Shown here piece by piece: positions 1 through 9,785 of a DNA stretch of 64,000 nucleotides. The stretch is from Candidatus Hydrogenedens sp. (GTDB taxonomy: Bacteria > Hydrogenedentota > Hydrogenedentia > Hydrogenedentales > Hydrogenedentaceae), in the NCBI GenBank assembly GCA_049968235.1, contig JBMFRC010000006.1, forward strand, positions 1-64,000, read 5' to 3'. The position numbers were made by a program, and so were the translations under genes. The notes under the pieces were generated by a model. It was not told the origin of the DNA. It was given only the letters and a program-made list of their open reading frames with translations, and did no database searches. Each line of letters opens with the position of its first letter. Position 1 is the first letter of the stretch.

Positions 1-226
1 TATGAACAATATAGATATGTGTAATTTTTTCTTATGGGAAATAAATAATTTGATTTTTGTCGTATATTCGTAAATGAATTTTTCTTTTTATATTTTCTTT
101 AAATTCACTTGAGAAATAAGAAAAGAAGGCGTCATTTTCAATTATCTCATCAAATTCTTTTTTCTCTCTTGAATTTTGCATAAAATCCTAACTATTTTCA
201 TACTTACAACTCGATAATAAAAATCA

Positions 227-817
227 CTACTTACTAATTGCCTTTTTATAGTTTTCTTCTACAAACACCCAATTAATTAAATTTTGTAATACATTCTGGA
301 CATATTTAGCCCTGTCATTTCTAACATCTATATAATATGCATGTTCCCAAACATCTATTGTGAATAATGCAACTTGATTATGTTTCATAGGCAAATCTGC
401 ATTACTTGTTTGTGTTATCTTTAATGAACCTGAATCATATACCAGCCAGGTCCAACCGGAACCAAATAAAGAAACTGCAGACTGTTGCAGATTTTCTATC
501 ATTTTCCCTATACTGCCAAAGTTTTTTTCTATTTCTTTTATTATTTCGCTTCCGGGTTCTGTCTTTTTAGGGCTTAAACAGTTCCAATAGAATGTATGGT
601 TCCATACCTGTGCTGAGTTATTAAAAATAGGACCATCAGAATTCATAATGATTTCTTCTAAATTTTTATCTTTCAAAGGAGAATTTTCTAATAATCTGTT
701 GGTGTTATTAACATAAGTTTGATGGTGCTTACCATAATGGTAATTAATTGTTTCTGAACTGATATAAGGCTCTAAGGCATTGTTTTCAAATGGAAGTTGT
801 GGAAGGGATATACTCAT
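227..817 (-). CDS. Superoxide dismutase [Fe/Mn]
   Basis: 196 aa. Classic Fe/Mn-SOD motifs (HYGKHH...; DVWEHAYYID) with metal-ligand His and Asp residues. Confidence 0.9.
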   Translation of the reverse strand: MSISLPQLPFENNALEPYISSETINYHYGKHHQTYVNNTNRLLENSPLKDKNLEEIIMNSDGPIFNNSAQVWNHTFYWNCLSPKKTEPGSEIIKEIEKNFGSIGKMIENLQQSAVSLFGSGWTWLVYDSGSLKITQTSNADLPMKHNQVALFTIDVWEHAYYIDVRNDRAKYVQNVLQNLINWVFVEENYKKAISK

Positions 818-961
818 TTTTATACTCCTTACTAAATATAAAAGTTGAAATAATTTTTTATCATATATTGTAGTATAATATTATTATTAAGATTGTCATA
901 AAAAATCAATAATAGAGTTTTGAAGCAAAAATAATTAAAATATGTTTTTAAGGAGGATAAT

Positions 962-2188
962 ATGGCTGTATTTAGTTATGTAGCAAGAGATACCAAAGGA
1001 ACCAAGCAAAGAGGGACAATTAATGCAGATAGCCGACAAAATGCCCTACAACAACTTCAATTAAGGGGATTATCGGTTGATAAGTTAGTTGAAGAAGAGA
1101 AAAAAATTTTAGGTTTTTCTTTGGGAGGTGGGGCTAAATTAAAAAGAGTAAAAACTGCAGACCTGCTTGTTTTTACCCGTCAATTATCAACAATTGTAAG
1201 TGCCGGATTACCTCTTTTACAAGGGCTTGATATTTTAGCGGACCAAACAGAAGACCCCAACTTTGCAGTAGTAATAGATTCTGTTGCGCAAGATGTAGAA
1301 GCAGGGGAAACATTTTCGGATGCTTTACGAAAATATCCCCGGACTTTTCCGGATCTGTATGTGAGTATGGTACGGGCAGGAGAAGCCGGCGGAGATTTAG
1401 ACGGAGTACTCATGCAACTTGCGGATTATCTGGAAGCCTCTGAAGATTTAAAACGGAGAATTCGTTCTGCAATGACTTATCCTGTTGTAGCATTCAGTAT
1501 GATAATTTTAATTGCAACGGGTTTGATTATTTTTGTAGTTCCTCAATTTGCGGAGATTTTTGGAAGTTTTGGTAAAAAGTTACCTGCACCTACACAGTTT
1601 CTTATTAATTTAAGTCATGCATTAAGGACACTGTATGCATGGTTTATTATAATCGGTTCTATTGTTGGAATAGTTGCATTTCTACGCATTTATGGTTCGA
1701 CTGAAATAGGAAGATATAATCTTGACCTGATAAAACTAAGATTACCTGTATTTGGTGATTTAATTCGAAAGGTATCAATAAGCCGATTTACGAGAACACT
1801 TAGTACTCTTATAAAAAGTGGTGTCCCAATATTACAGGCGTTAGAAATTGTAGAAAGAACGGCAGGGAATGAAGTGTTTGCTCGTGCTGTTCGCCAGTCA
1901 GGCGAAAGTGTTCGCAATGGTGAGGCACTATCAGAACCTTTAGGTCGTTCAGGTGTATTTCCACCTATGGTAACGCGAATGATTGCTGTAGGTGAAAAAA
2001 CAGGTGAACTGGAGGCAATGTTGAAGAAAATATCTGACTTCTACGATTCCGAAGTACGAGCTAAAGTAGATGGGCTAACAAGTCTTATTGAACCGATGCT
2101 TATCGGTTTAATGGGTATTGTAGTAGGTTCTATTATTGTTGCTTTGTTCCTACCTATACTTCAATTATCCAGCCTTGTCCAGGTGTAA
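962..2188 (+). CDS. Type IV pilus assembly / type II secretion platform protein (PilC/GspF family)
   Basis: 408 aa polytopic membrane protein with the duplicated T2SSF architecture. A GGAGG-like RBS (aaggagg) lies 6 nt upstream of the ATG. Confidence 0.8.
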   Translation: MAVFSYVARDTKGTKQRGTINADSRQNALQQLQLRGLSVDKLVEEEKKILGFSLGGGAKLKRVKTADLLVFTRQLSTIVSAGLPLLQGLDILADQTEDPNFAVVIDSVAQDVEAGETFSDALRKYPRTFPDLYVSMVRAGEAGGDLDGVLMQLADYLEASEDLKRRIRSAMTYPVVAFSMIILIATGLIIFVVPQFAEIFGSFGKKLPAPTQFLINLSHALRTLYAWFIIIGSIVGIVAFLRIYGSTEIGRYNLDLIKLRLPVFGDLIRKVSISRFTRTLSTLIKSGVPILQALEIVERTAGNEVFARAVRQSGESVRNGEALSEPLGRSGVFPPMVTRMIAVGEKTGELEAMLKKISDFYDSEVRAKVDGLTSLIEPMLIGLMGIVVGSIIVALFLPILQLSSLVQV

Positions 2189-2316
2189 GATTTTGTAAAC
2201 TAACATTAAAATTTATCGATTTTTATAAAGTATTTAAGATTATTTGTGTATATATTTTTGTTTACTAATTCGTTTATTTTTTGATAAAAAGTGTTTTTTA
2301 TTGTAAAATTTTAATA

Positions 2317-2690
2317 CTCTGAGAGTAATCTGGACGGTCGCGGCAGAAATGTCGAGGAAAGTCCGGACTCCATAGGGCACAGTGCTTCGTAACACGAAGG
2401 CGGGGTGACCCGACGGAAAGTGGAACAGAAAAAACACAGCCTAAATAGTTATCTGTGATAACTATCGGCAAAGGTGAAAAGGTGCGGTAAGAGCGCACCA
2501 GCATCATGGTGACATGATGGCTTGCCAAACCCCACTGGGAGCAATTCCAAATAGGGGAACTATAGCGTGTGCCCGCGCTGTTCCCGGGTAGGAAGCTTGA
2601 GGTATAGGGTAACCTATATCCCAGAGGAATGACCGTCTCGAAGGGTTTCCCTTTAGACAGAATCCGGCTTATAGGATTACTCTCAGAGTA
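2317..2690 (+). ncRNA. rnpB: RNase P RNA, bacterial type A
   Basis: A P1 helix (ACTCTGAGAGTAATC ... GATTACTCTCAGAGT) closes the molecule. The conserved CR-I/P4 element GGAAAGTCCGGACTCCATAGGGCA is present. The 3' conserved ACAGAATCCGGCTTATAGG region is nearly identical to E. coli rnpB. The GGTGCGGTAAGAGCGCACC module is also present. Confidence 0.93.
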
Positions 2691-2793
2691 ATTTTTATCT
2701 AAATTAGCTTTTTATTCTATGTTTTTTGTATTATTTTATGTCTAATCAAAAATTAACCAATCATAATATCCAACTTTCTATGAGGAAAAGGTT

Positions 2794-4161
2794 ATGAACG
2801 ATTACTACTATAATATACTTTTAGACCCCGCAAAACTTCCTGATGCATGGTATAATATTAATCCTGATTTACCTTCTCCGCTACCTCCTCCGCTTCATCC
2901 TGCAACAAAGCAACCTATCTCTCCATCAGATTTGCAGGCTATTTTTCCGAATGCTTTGATAGAGCAGGAGGTATCCAATCAACAATTTATCTCTATTCCG
3001 GGGGCAATAATGGACATCTATCGTTTATGGAGGCCTACTCCATTACGTAGAGCATATCGTTTAGAAAAAGCGTTAGGAACGCCTGCAAAAATTTTCTATA
3101 AAAATGAAAGCGTAAGTCCTTCAGGTAGTCATAAATTGAATACAGCCGTTGCTCAGGCATATTACAATCAGCAAGAAGGGATTCATGGACTTACCACAGA
3201 GACAGGTGCTGGACAATGGGGAACTGCTTTATCTATTGCATGCAGTATGTTTGATATGACCTGTATTGTATATATGGTTAAAATTAGTTTCCAACAGAAA
3301 CCTTACCGCAGGACATTGATGCAAAGTTATGGTGGGAAAGTCATTGCAAGTCCCAGTGACACGACAGATTTTGGTAAAGAAATACTTAATAAGTACCCTG
3401 ATAGTACTGGAAGTTTGGGAATTGCCATTTCTGAAGCAATAGAAGTGGCAGTAAAAAGTGAAGGAAAAATGAAATACACATTAGGTAGTGTATTAAATCA
3501 TGTATTATTACATCAGACTATAATTGGAGAGGAAGCTAAACTTCAAATGGACAGTGTTGGAGAATATCCTGATATTGTTATAGGTTGTGTAGGTGGCGGT
3601 TCTAATTTTGCTGGACTTGCTTTTCCTTATGTACATGATGTATTGAAAAACGGCAAAAAGATTAAATTCCTTGCGGTAGAACCTGCAGCATGTCCAACAA
3701 TGACTCGCGGTCTTTATGCATATGATTTTGGTGATACTGCTGGTATGACACCTTTGTTGAAGCAATATACATTGGGGCACAATTTCATGCCTCCTGGAAT
3801 CCATGCTGGTGGTTTAAGATATCATGGTGTTGCGGCACAACTTGCTCATCTTATACTTCATGGTATTATTACGCCTGTTTCGGTTCTACAGAATCCTGTT
3901 TTTGAAGCAAATATGTTATTTGCAAAATGTGAAGGAATTATACCCGCACCTGAAAGTGGTCATGCTATCCGTGTTGCCATTGATGAAGCACTAAAATGTA
4001 AAGAAACCGGCGAAACCAAGACCATTCTTTTCAATCTGAGTGGACATGGTCATTTTGATATGACTGCATACGAAGCATATATAAACAAAAATCTACCTGA
4101 TTATGAATTGAGCGAGGATATATTGAAATCTGGTTTTGAAAGTATTCCGAAGGTAGAATAA
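2794..4161 (+). CDS. TrpB2-type tryptophan synthase beta-like PLP-dependent enzyme
   Basis: 455 aa, the length typical of the TrpB2 subfamily. It carries the PLP-lysine motif (SGSHKLN) and a glycine-rich loop ([11 protein letters not shown]). No trpA is adjacent. Confidence 0.7.
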   Translation: MNDYYYNILLDPAKLPDAWYNINPDLPSPLPPPLHPATKQPISPSDLQAIFPNALIEQEVSNQQFISIPGAIMDIYRLWRPTPLRRAYRLEKALGTPAKIFYKNESVSPSGSHKLNTAVAQAYYNQQEGIHGLTTETGAGQWGTALSIACSMFDMTCIVYMVKISFQQKPYRRTLMQSYGGKVIASPSDTTDFGKEILNKYPDSTGSLGIAISEAIEVAVKSEGKMKYTLGSVLNHVLLHQTIIGEEAKLQMDSVGEYPDIVIGCVGGGSNFAGLAFPYVHDVLKNGKKIKFLAVEPAACPTMTRGLYAYDFGDTAGMTPLLKQYTLGHNFMPPGIHAGGLRYHGVAAQLAHLILHGIITPVSVLQNPVFEANMLFAKCEGIIPAPESGHAIRVAIDEALKCKETGETKTILFNLSGHGHFDMTAYEAYINKNLPDYELSEDILKSGFESIPKVE

Positions 4162-4184
4162 TCATTTTTTTTTTTGTTGAGTAT

Positions 4185-5543
4185 TTACTTTAAGAAAATG
4201 TATCTTAATAAAAACGCAAGAGCAATGGGATACATCCATACATTGATTTCACGGTATTTTCCGACTAAACATTTGATAACGACATAAGATACACAACCGA
4301 TACTGATACCTTCTGTTATTCCATATCCAAACGCCATAAATATAATTGTTAAAAAAGCAGGGAAGCCTTCTGAAATATTTTCCCATAGTATTCTTTTTAC
4401 ACTACCCATCATTAAAAAACCAATTACTATTAAAGCAGGTGCAACAGCAGGATACATACTAAAATTAATTCCCTCCATTCCGATTTGTTTATAGTATTCA
4501 GGACCTACATTATAGCCTAAGATTGATAGGATGGGTATGATAGGTATAGTTATTAAAAAACAAATACCTGTAACAACTGAGGCAAGCCCCGTTCTTGCTC
4601 CAACAGCAACTCCAGAAGCACTTTCCACATAACTTGTTACTGTGGATGTGCCACAAAGCGCTCCTATGCATGTCCCTAAAGCATCTGAAAGAAATGCGCC
4701 GCCGGCTCTGGGTAGTTTTCCTTCTTTCATAAATCCGGCGGTATTGCTTACACCTACCAAAGTACCTACAGTATCAAATAAATCGAGAAAGAAAAAAATC
4801 AAAACGGCAGGGATAGCATCATGCCACCTATCTATAAATGGGTAAAAGTCTAATTTGAAAAATGTAGAAAAAGAGTAATTAAATTCAAGTCGTGTTAAAG
4901 GGATAATACCTAATATCAAATAAGCAATTGAGGAAAAGAATATACCAACTAAGATAGCACCTGTAAATCGGATACTTTGTAAAAAAAGTATTATAAACAA
5001 AGAACAAATAGTTATTAATGGAATAACCATTTTTAAGTTTCCGACTGATACCATTGTCCCTTGATTTATTACGATAAGTCCAGCCCATTGCAACCCGACA
5101 AATGTAATTAATAATCCAATCCCTGCAGGTATGGCATTTTTCAGGCAATCTGGAAATATCTCTATTATTTTTTCTCGTGTCTTAAATAGTGATAGGAAAA
5201 CAAACAAAAGACCCGAAACAAATACAATTGTTAATGCAAATTGCCATGTAAATCCCATCCCAAGACATAATGTAAAAGTAAACAAGAAATTTTCACCCAT
5301 TCCGGGTGCTAATGCAAACGGATAGTTTGCTAAAATAGCCATAAGAAAGCATGCTATTGCGGATGATATACAGGTAGCGAGTATGACAGAGTTATAATCC
5401 ATTCCTGCAATTGATAATATTGCAGGTTGAACAAATATAATATAACTCATTGTGCAAAATGTTGTTATCCCACCTATAACTTCCTTTTTTACAGTGGTTT
5501 TTTCATCTTCTAACTTAAACACATGGTTTAATAATAGATACAT
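4185..5543 (-). CDS. NCS2-family nucleobase permease (AzgA/PurP-like guanine/hypoxanthine or adenine permease)
   Basis: 452 aa with about 13 TM segments. The N-terminal region (LAPGMGENFLF...) resembles AzgA/PurP family transporters. Confidence 0.7.
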   Translation of the reverse strand: MYLLLNHVFKLEDEKTTVKKEVIGGITTFCTMSYIIFVQPAILSIAGMDYNSVILATCISSAIACFLMAILANYPFALAPGMGENFLFTFTLCLGMGFTWQFALTIVFVSGLLFVFLSLFKTREKIIEIFPDCLKNAIPAGIGLLITFVGLQWAGLIVINQGTMVSVGNLKMVIPLITICSLFIILFLQSIRFTGAILVGIFFSSIAYLILGIIPLTRLEFNYSFSTFFKLDFYPFIDRWHDAIPAVLIFFFLDLFDTVGTLVGVSNTAGFMKEGKLPRAGGAFLSDALGTCIGALCGTSTVTSYVESASGVAVGARTGLASVVTGICFLITIPIIPILSILGYNVGPEYYKQIGMEGINFSMYPAVAPALIVIGFLMMGSVKRILWENISEGFPAFLTIIFMAFGYGITEGISIGCVSYVVIKCLVGKYREINVWMYPIALAFLLRYIFLK

Positions 5544-5561
5544 TGTTTTCCTCTTTCCTTT

Positions 5562-7460
5562 TTATTCTAAATCTATCCCACTTAATATTTTACTTACAAT
5601 AATAACAAAATTTTCTTCATTAGCTTCCCAATTTCTTGGCTCTTTGTTGTATATCATTAATATTTTATTCATTTTTTCACTCTTATTATGGCGAATAGAA
5701 GTAAAGATAAAAGATTCTGCTTCTAATGATTTTGTCCATAAATCGGAACGATAATCCTGTTGAGCAGAGCTGATTGTCAATATCTCAGACCATTCAAGGT
5801 TTTCGATAATAACCTTACAATTATGAATATGATATTTTTCTTCATCATTGACTATATAAATAGGCGACAAAATGTCATTTTCTCTGTCTATTTTCCAAAT
5901 CCCTACATTTTCTATTTTTAATGCGTTCTTCATTATTTCTAAAATGTTTCTCATTTTTTCTTCGTATGTTTTATTTTTATCATTGGAAATCAAAATCATA
6001 TCTCTTAATGCTATGACAAAACCCTGTATCTTTGATTTTTCTTTTGTATCAGCATCTATCTTTTTTATGTAATATTGATTTAACGATTCTATTTGTCTTT
6101 GGAGTCTGATATTTTCTCTGTATAAACTATTTACCGTTTCAATAGGAATTCCTCCTTTGCCTTCCTCGGAAAAGATAAATATGCTTTTATCTTTTTCTGT
6201 TTTGAATTCTTTGCCCGATATACCTTCTTTGTCAGTTTTTATATCTACGGTCCAAAATTTCCAGAAATATAAAATAGAGTATATTTTGTTCATTAATGTT
6301 TCATATTCAATAATCCAGAAATGTATGGGTGATTCTTGTCCTTCGACTTTTGGATTTTCCAACCAATGCGATATTTCTTTAATAGGATTTGTCAATAGAT
6401 AGCCCAGCAGAATTGCCAAAAGAACAATTACAAAAAAACAGATTAAAAATAAAAAAATAATATTCCTGTTTGTATTCGTTATATCGGAACTTTGTGGAAT
6501 ATTAAAAACACATATTAATGGAATGTTATACATAAATAAATATTCTTGCACTACAAGCAAACCATGTATTGTTTTCTGGAAATAAGGAGTTTCTCTTCTT
6601 TTATTTAATATGATATTTTTTATTTCATCAGGAAGATTTTGTAAAGAAGATGAGCGAACAATATCACGATTTGAAACACTTTCCATTCCCAACTTGCAGA
6701 CAATATACTTATCACTAAGGATATATGTATATACTGAACAATCTCTATATATATCCGATATAATAGTCTGCAACCATGACCAATCTATTTCCCATGATAC
6801 CACTGAAAATGGAGAATCATCGAACCCAATAGCCATAGCCAATCTCGAATTTATAGAAGGTCCAATTTCATTTATTTCGGGGGATGTAAACCAAATTTTA
6901 GGTATCCCTTCTCTATTCTGCATATTTTGTTGTAAACATAATGCAACAGATTCTTTATACCATTCATTATTTGTCATACTCTGGTCAGGAGATACCTCTT
7001 CCACTTCTTCATCCAATAATTGTGTTCCATCTTCTGTCCATGTAGCTGTTTTTTTTATAAAGCCTTTAGCCCCACCTGTAGTAAGAGAGACCGTTTTCCA
7101 ACCTGTATTTGCACGAAGAATTTTATACTCATATTTATTCGATAATACTAACTCAAAAGATTTTATAAACTTGTTTTTTTGTAATATTGTTGCAAAAAAA
7201 AGATTTAATAATATTCTGTCTGTTGTATTAATTGTTTTTTTAGATAATGATGTTCTAAGGGTTTCAATAATGTCACATAATTGTTCATCCGATTTTTCTA
7301 TTCTTTCTAAAGATATTTTATAATTGCTTTTTGTAATGGAATCGAAACTTGTAGAGTTGTAAAAAACAACATCCTTTTTCCAGAATGAAATAAATATAAT
7401 GGATACGAACAAAAAACAGATTATAAATATTACAATTATAATACCTCTTATAAGAATCAT
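5562..7460 (-). CDS. Two-TM sensor-like membrane protein (extracytoplasmic domain plus cytoplasmic coiled-coil and GAF-like domain; no output domain)
   Basis: 632 aa. There is an N-terminal TM helix, a loop of about 290 aa, then a second TM helix. A coiled-coil region follows (RENIRLQRQIESLNQYY), and the C-terminal ~150 aa look GAF-like. No kinase, GGDEF or HD motifs are seen. Confidence 0.4.
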   Translation of the reverse strand: MILIRGIIIVIFIICFLFVSIIFISFWKKDVVFYNSTSFDSITKSNYKISLERIEKSDEQLCDIIETLRTSLSKKTINTTDRILLNLFFATILQKNKFIKSFELVLSNKYEYKILRANTGWKTVSLTTGGAKGFIKKTATWTEDGTQLLDEEVEEVSPDQSMTNNEWYKESVALCLQQNMQNREGIPKIWFTSPEINEIGPSINSRLAMAIGFDDSPFSVVSWEIDWSWLQTIISDIYRDCSVYTYILSDKYIVCKLGMESVSNRDIVRSSSLQNLPDEIKNIILNKRRETPYFQKTIHGLLVVQEYLFMYNIPLICVFNIPQSSDITNTNRNIIFLFLICFFVIVLLAILLGYLLTNPIKEISHWLENPKVEGQESPIHFWIIEYETLMNKIYSILYFWKFWTVDIKTDKEGISGKEFKTEKDKSIFIFSEEGKGGIPIETVNSLYRENIRLQRQIESLNQYYIKKIDADTKEKSKIQGFVIALRDMILISNDKNKTYEEKMRNILEIMKNALKIENVGIWKIDRENDILSPIYIVNDEEKYHIHNCKVIIENLEWSEILTISSAQQDYRSDLWTKSLEAESFIFTSIRHNKSEKMNKILMIYNKEPRNWEANEENFVIIVSKILSGIDLE

Positions 7461-7520
7461 AAATATTGCCCTAATTTATTAGTATATATTAAAGAAACTT
7501 AAATATGAAAGGAAAATATA

Positions 7521-9680
7521 ATGTTTACATTTTTATTATTATCTTTAACTCTTTTCCATCAATCTCAAGAACAACCAATTGAGAATATAACAGTAACAAA
7601 AGAATCGTTTATGAATTTCAGAACTTGTTTTCAAACTTCTCAGGATTTCGACCCTTTAATGGATATAGCATCAGATGTAGCCATTGTATATGGAACATCA
7701 CATGATTTTCAGGAAAAAATAACCAGTTGGAGAGAACAAGGATATCGAACTGCTTATATGACCGGGATTTCCTGGGGTAATTATGCAAGTTATTATCAAA
7801 CAGAAAATGGATTAAAAAAGGAAGAGATACAAACAGATAAAACTGGTAAACTATGGATGCATGGGCACAGCACTACTGTTGGTTATAATGTTCCTACACC
7901 CAACTATGTTGAATATATTAAAACTATATTAATACCTCCATTAGAAAACCGTGTAGAAAGTATATACTTAGAAGAACCTGAATTTTGGGCAGTTACAGGA
8001 TGGAGTGATGCTTTCAAACAACTCTGGGAAAAATATTATGGTGAGCCATGGTCTCCCCCTAATCAATCCATTGAAACACAGTACAAAGCCAGTTTATTAA
8101 AATATAAATTGTATACAAATGTTTTAACAGAAGTATTTAAATTTGTAAAAGAATATGCAAAGAAAAATAATTTTCAAATAGGTTGTTATGTTCCTACACA
8201 TTCTTTAATTAACTATGCCCAATGGCGAATTGTAAGTCCGGAGTCACGATTGACGCAGATTGAATATTGTGATGGCATAATTGCTCAGGTATGGACAGGA
8301 ACAGCACGCTCAAAACACCATTATAAAGGTATTGCCCGGGAAAGGACTTTTGAGACAGCATATTTAGAATATGCACAAATGGTTGGGATGGTTTCATCTA
8401 CACAAAAGCATCTTATTTTCCTCGCTGACCCCATTGAGGATAATCCCAACTACGATTGGCATGATTATAAATACAACTACGAATGTACTGTATTGGCATC
8501 ATTATTATTCCCAGAAGTTTCCACATTTGAAGTAATGCCTTGGCCTGAAAGAATTTTCAAAGGTAAATACTCAAAATCTAAAGAAGAACGGGATATAAAA
8601 ATAAATATTATTCCTGAGTTTGCAACGGAACTGCTCACTATAATTAATACATTAAATGATATGAAACAGGAAAAAGTCGAGTGGATTTCCGGTAATTATC
8701 CTATAGGAGTAATAGTATCCGACACATTGATGTTTCAACGGGCAGAACCCTATCCAAGTCATCCCAATTTGAACTGTTTCTATGGAGTAGCAACACCCCT
8801 TATCAAAAATAGTATCCCATTAAAAATTATACAAATGGAGCATTTATTGACCTACCAGCCTCTTAAAAATATAAAAATTTTATTACTAACCTATGAAGGG
8901 CAAAAACCATTAAATAAAGAGTATCACAATATTATTAGAGATTGGGTAATAAACGGAGGAAGTTTACTTATTATTGATGATAATTCAGACCGATATAATG
9001 AACTTAATAATTGGTGGAAAAATGAAGGATACAATTCGCCGCTTGAACACTTAATCAAAACTCTCTGGGGTGATAAAGAACCTGATGAGGATATGACGCA
9101 AGTAGGTAAAGGATATGTTCGGTGGATAAAACGTAGTCCATCTATATTAAGTCTTGATAATGAGGGAGCAGAACACCTGTTAAATTGGGTAAAGGAGTTA
9201 TCTAATAAATCAGGAATAAATGTGGATTATAAGAATTACATTCACTTAAAAAGGGGGCCTTATCATATTTGTTCAGTTCTGGATGAATCTGTATCTGATT
9301 TACCTTATAAAATATCGGGTAAATTTATCAATCTTTTCAATCCTGAATTAAAAGTTGAAGAAGATGTTTTGTTGTATCCTTCTAATCGTGCTTTGCTTTT
9401 AGACATCAATTCTCTGCAATCAAAGAAAAGAGTTCCGTCCATAATTGCTTCTGCAGGGAGGATAAGAAGTCAAAAAGTAGGAGGGAATCGGTTTCATTTT
9501 ACTGTACGCGGACCTTCAGGAATACCAGGTAAAGTTGTTATTTTCTATGAGAAACAACCACAAAAAATTGTAACATCAGATATGACAGAGTTCCAACAAT
9601 ATTATGATAGTAAAAACCATTTACTTTATATTGATTTTACCCATCAGGGTAAGGACATTCATTTTGAGATTGACTTGTAA
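7521..9680 (+). CDS. Large secreted hypothetical protein with signal peptide
   Basis: 719 aa with a hydrophobic N-terminal leader (MFTFLLLSLTLFHQSQEQ). It is rich in aromatic residues, like glycan-active enzymes, but no catalytic family is recognised. It sits divergent to the sensor-like gene. Confidence 0.5.
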   Translation: MFTFLLLSLTLFHQSQEQPIENITVTKESFMNFRTCFQTSQDFDPLMDIASDVAIVYGTSHDFQEKITSWREQGYRTAYMTGISWGNYASYYQTENGLKKEEIQTDKTGKLWMHGHSTTVGYNVPTPNYVEYIKTILIPPLENRVESIYLEEPEFWAVTGWSDAFKQLWEKYYGEPWSPPNQSIETQYKASLLKYKLYTNVLTEVFKFVKEYAKKNNFQIGCYVPTHSLINYAQWRIVSPESRLTQIEYCDGIIAQVWTGTARSKHHYKGIARERTFETAYLEYAQMVGMVSSTQKHLIFLADPIEDNPNYDWHDYKYNYECTVLASLLFPEVSTFEVMPWPERIFKGKYSKSKEERDIKINIIPEFATELLTIINTLNDMKQEKVEWISGNYPIGVIVSDTLMFQRAEPYPSHPNLNCFYGVATPLIKNSIPLKIIQMEHLLTYQPLKNIKILLLTYEGQKPLNKEYHNIIRDWVINGGSLLIIDDNSDRYNELNNWWKNEGYNSPLEHLIKTLWGDKEPDEDMTQVGKGYVRWIKRSPSILSLDNEGAEHLLNWVKELSNKSGINVDYKNYIHLKRGPYHICSVLDESVSDLPYKISGKFINLFNPELKVEEDVLLYPSNRALLLDINSLQSKKRVPSIIASAGRIRSQKVGGNRFHFTVRGPSGIPGKVVIFYEKQPQKIVTSDMTEFQQYYDSKNHLLYIDFTHQGKDIHFEIDL

Positions 9681-9785
9681 TGATTGATAGTATATATATC
9701 TTAATTTTGAATTATTTTGTTAATAAATTATCATATTTTAACTTTGTCATATTTTGGGCAAATTGAATTGAAGGTGTAAGAAACT

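Noticed and set aside
34-180. ~48-aa minus-strand ORF downstream of the superoxide dismutase gene
   Set aside because: It has no recognisable RBS. It is a low-complexity Lys/Glu/Phe-rich peptide typical of random AT-rich ORFs, and it is below the ORF-track threshold.
1180-1917. Antisense ORFs inside pilC (1180..1413, 1690..1917)
   Set aside because: They are fully embedded antisense to a well-supported gene. The same holds for 3508..3804, 4642..4845, 4885..5148, 5131..5325, 5452..5754, 5872..6072, 6157..6402, 6610..7323, 8209..8397, 10463..10885, 13216..13419, 13591..13959, 14159..14371, 14295..14489, 14768..14959, 15448..15633, 17194..17394, 18824..19126, 19739..19921, 20010..20198, 21339..21683, 22749..22970, 23330..23593, 23588..23785, 23846..24076, 24623..24982, 25712..25930, 26348..26566, 28121..28312, 28460..28723, 30182..30394, 30420..30644, 32837..33061, 34003..34185, 38202..38408, 38760..39017, 39456..39644, 39992..40327, 40462..40644, 40879..41079, 42225..42413, 42552..42743, 47332..47586, 49274..49474, 52358..52540, 52806..53120, 54283..54504, 54793..55023, 55527..55745, 56092..56277, 57114..57743 and 57628..57988, 61078..61287, 61464..61694 and 62225..62476. 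In an AT-rich genome, long open frames on the non-coding strand are expected by chance.
2189-2316. Possible intrinsic terminator after pilC (CCAGCCTTGTCCAGG...)
   Set aside because: The stem is imperfect and not followed by a U-run. I could not support a confident terminator call by eye.
2240-2528. Two minus-strand ORFs (65 and 76 aa) in the ORF track
   Set aside because: They lie entirely inside the RNase P RNA gene on the opposite strand. The rnpB secondary-structure elements and conserved regions are unambiguous, so these ORFs are spurious.
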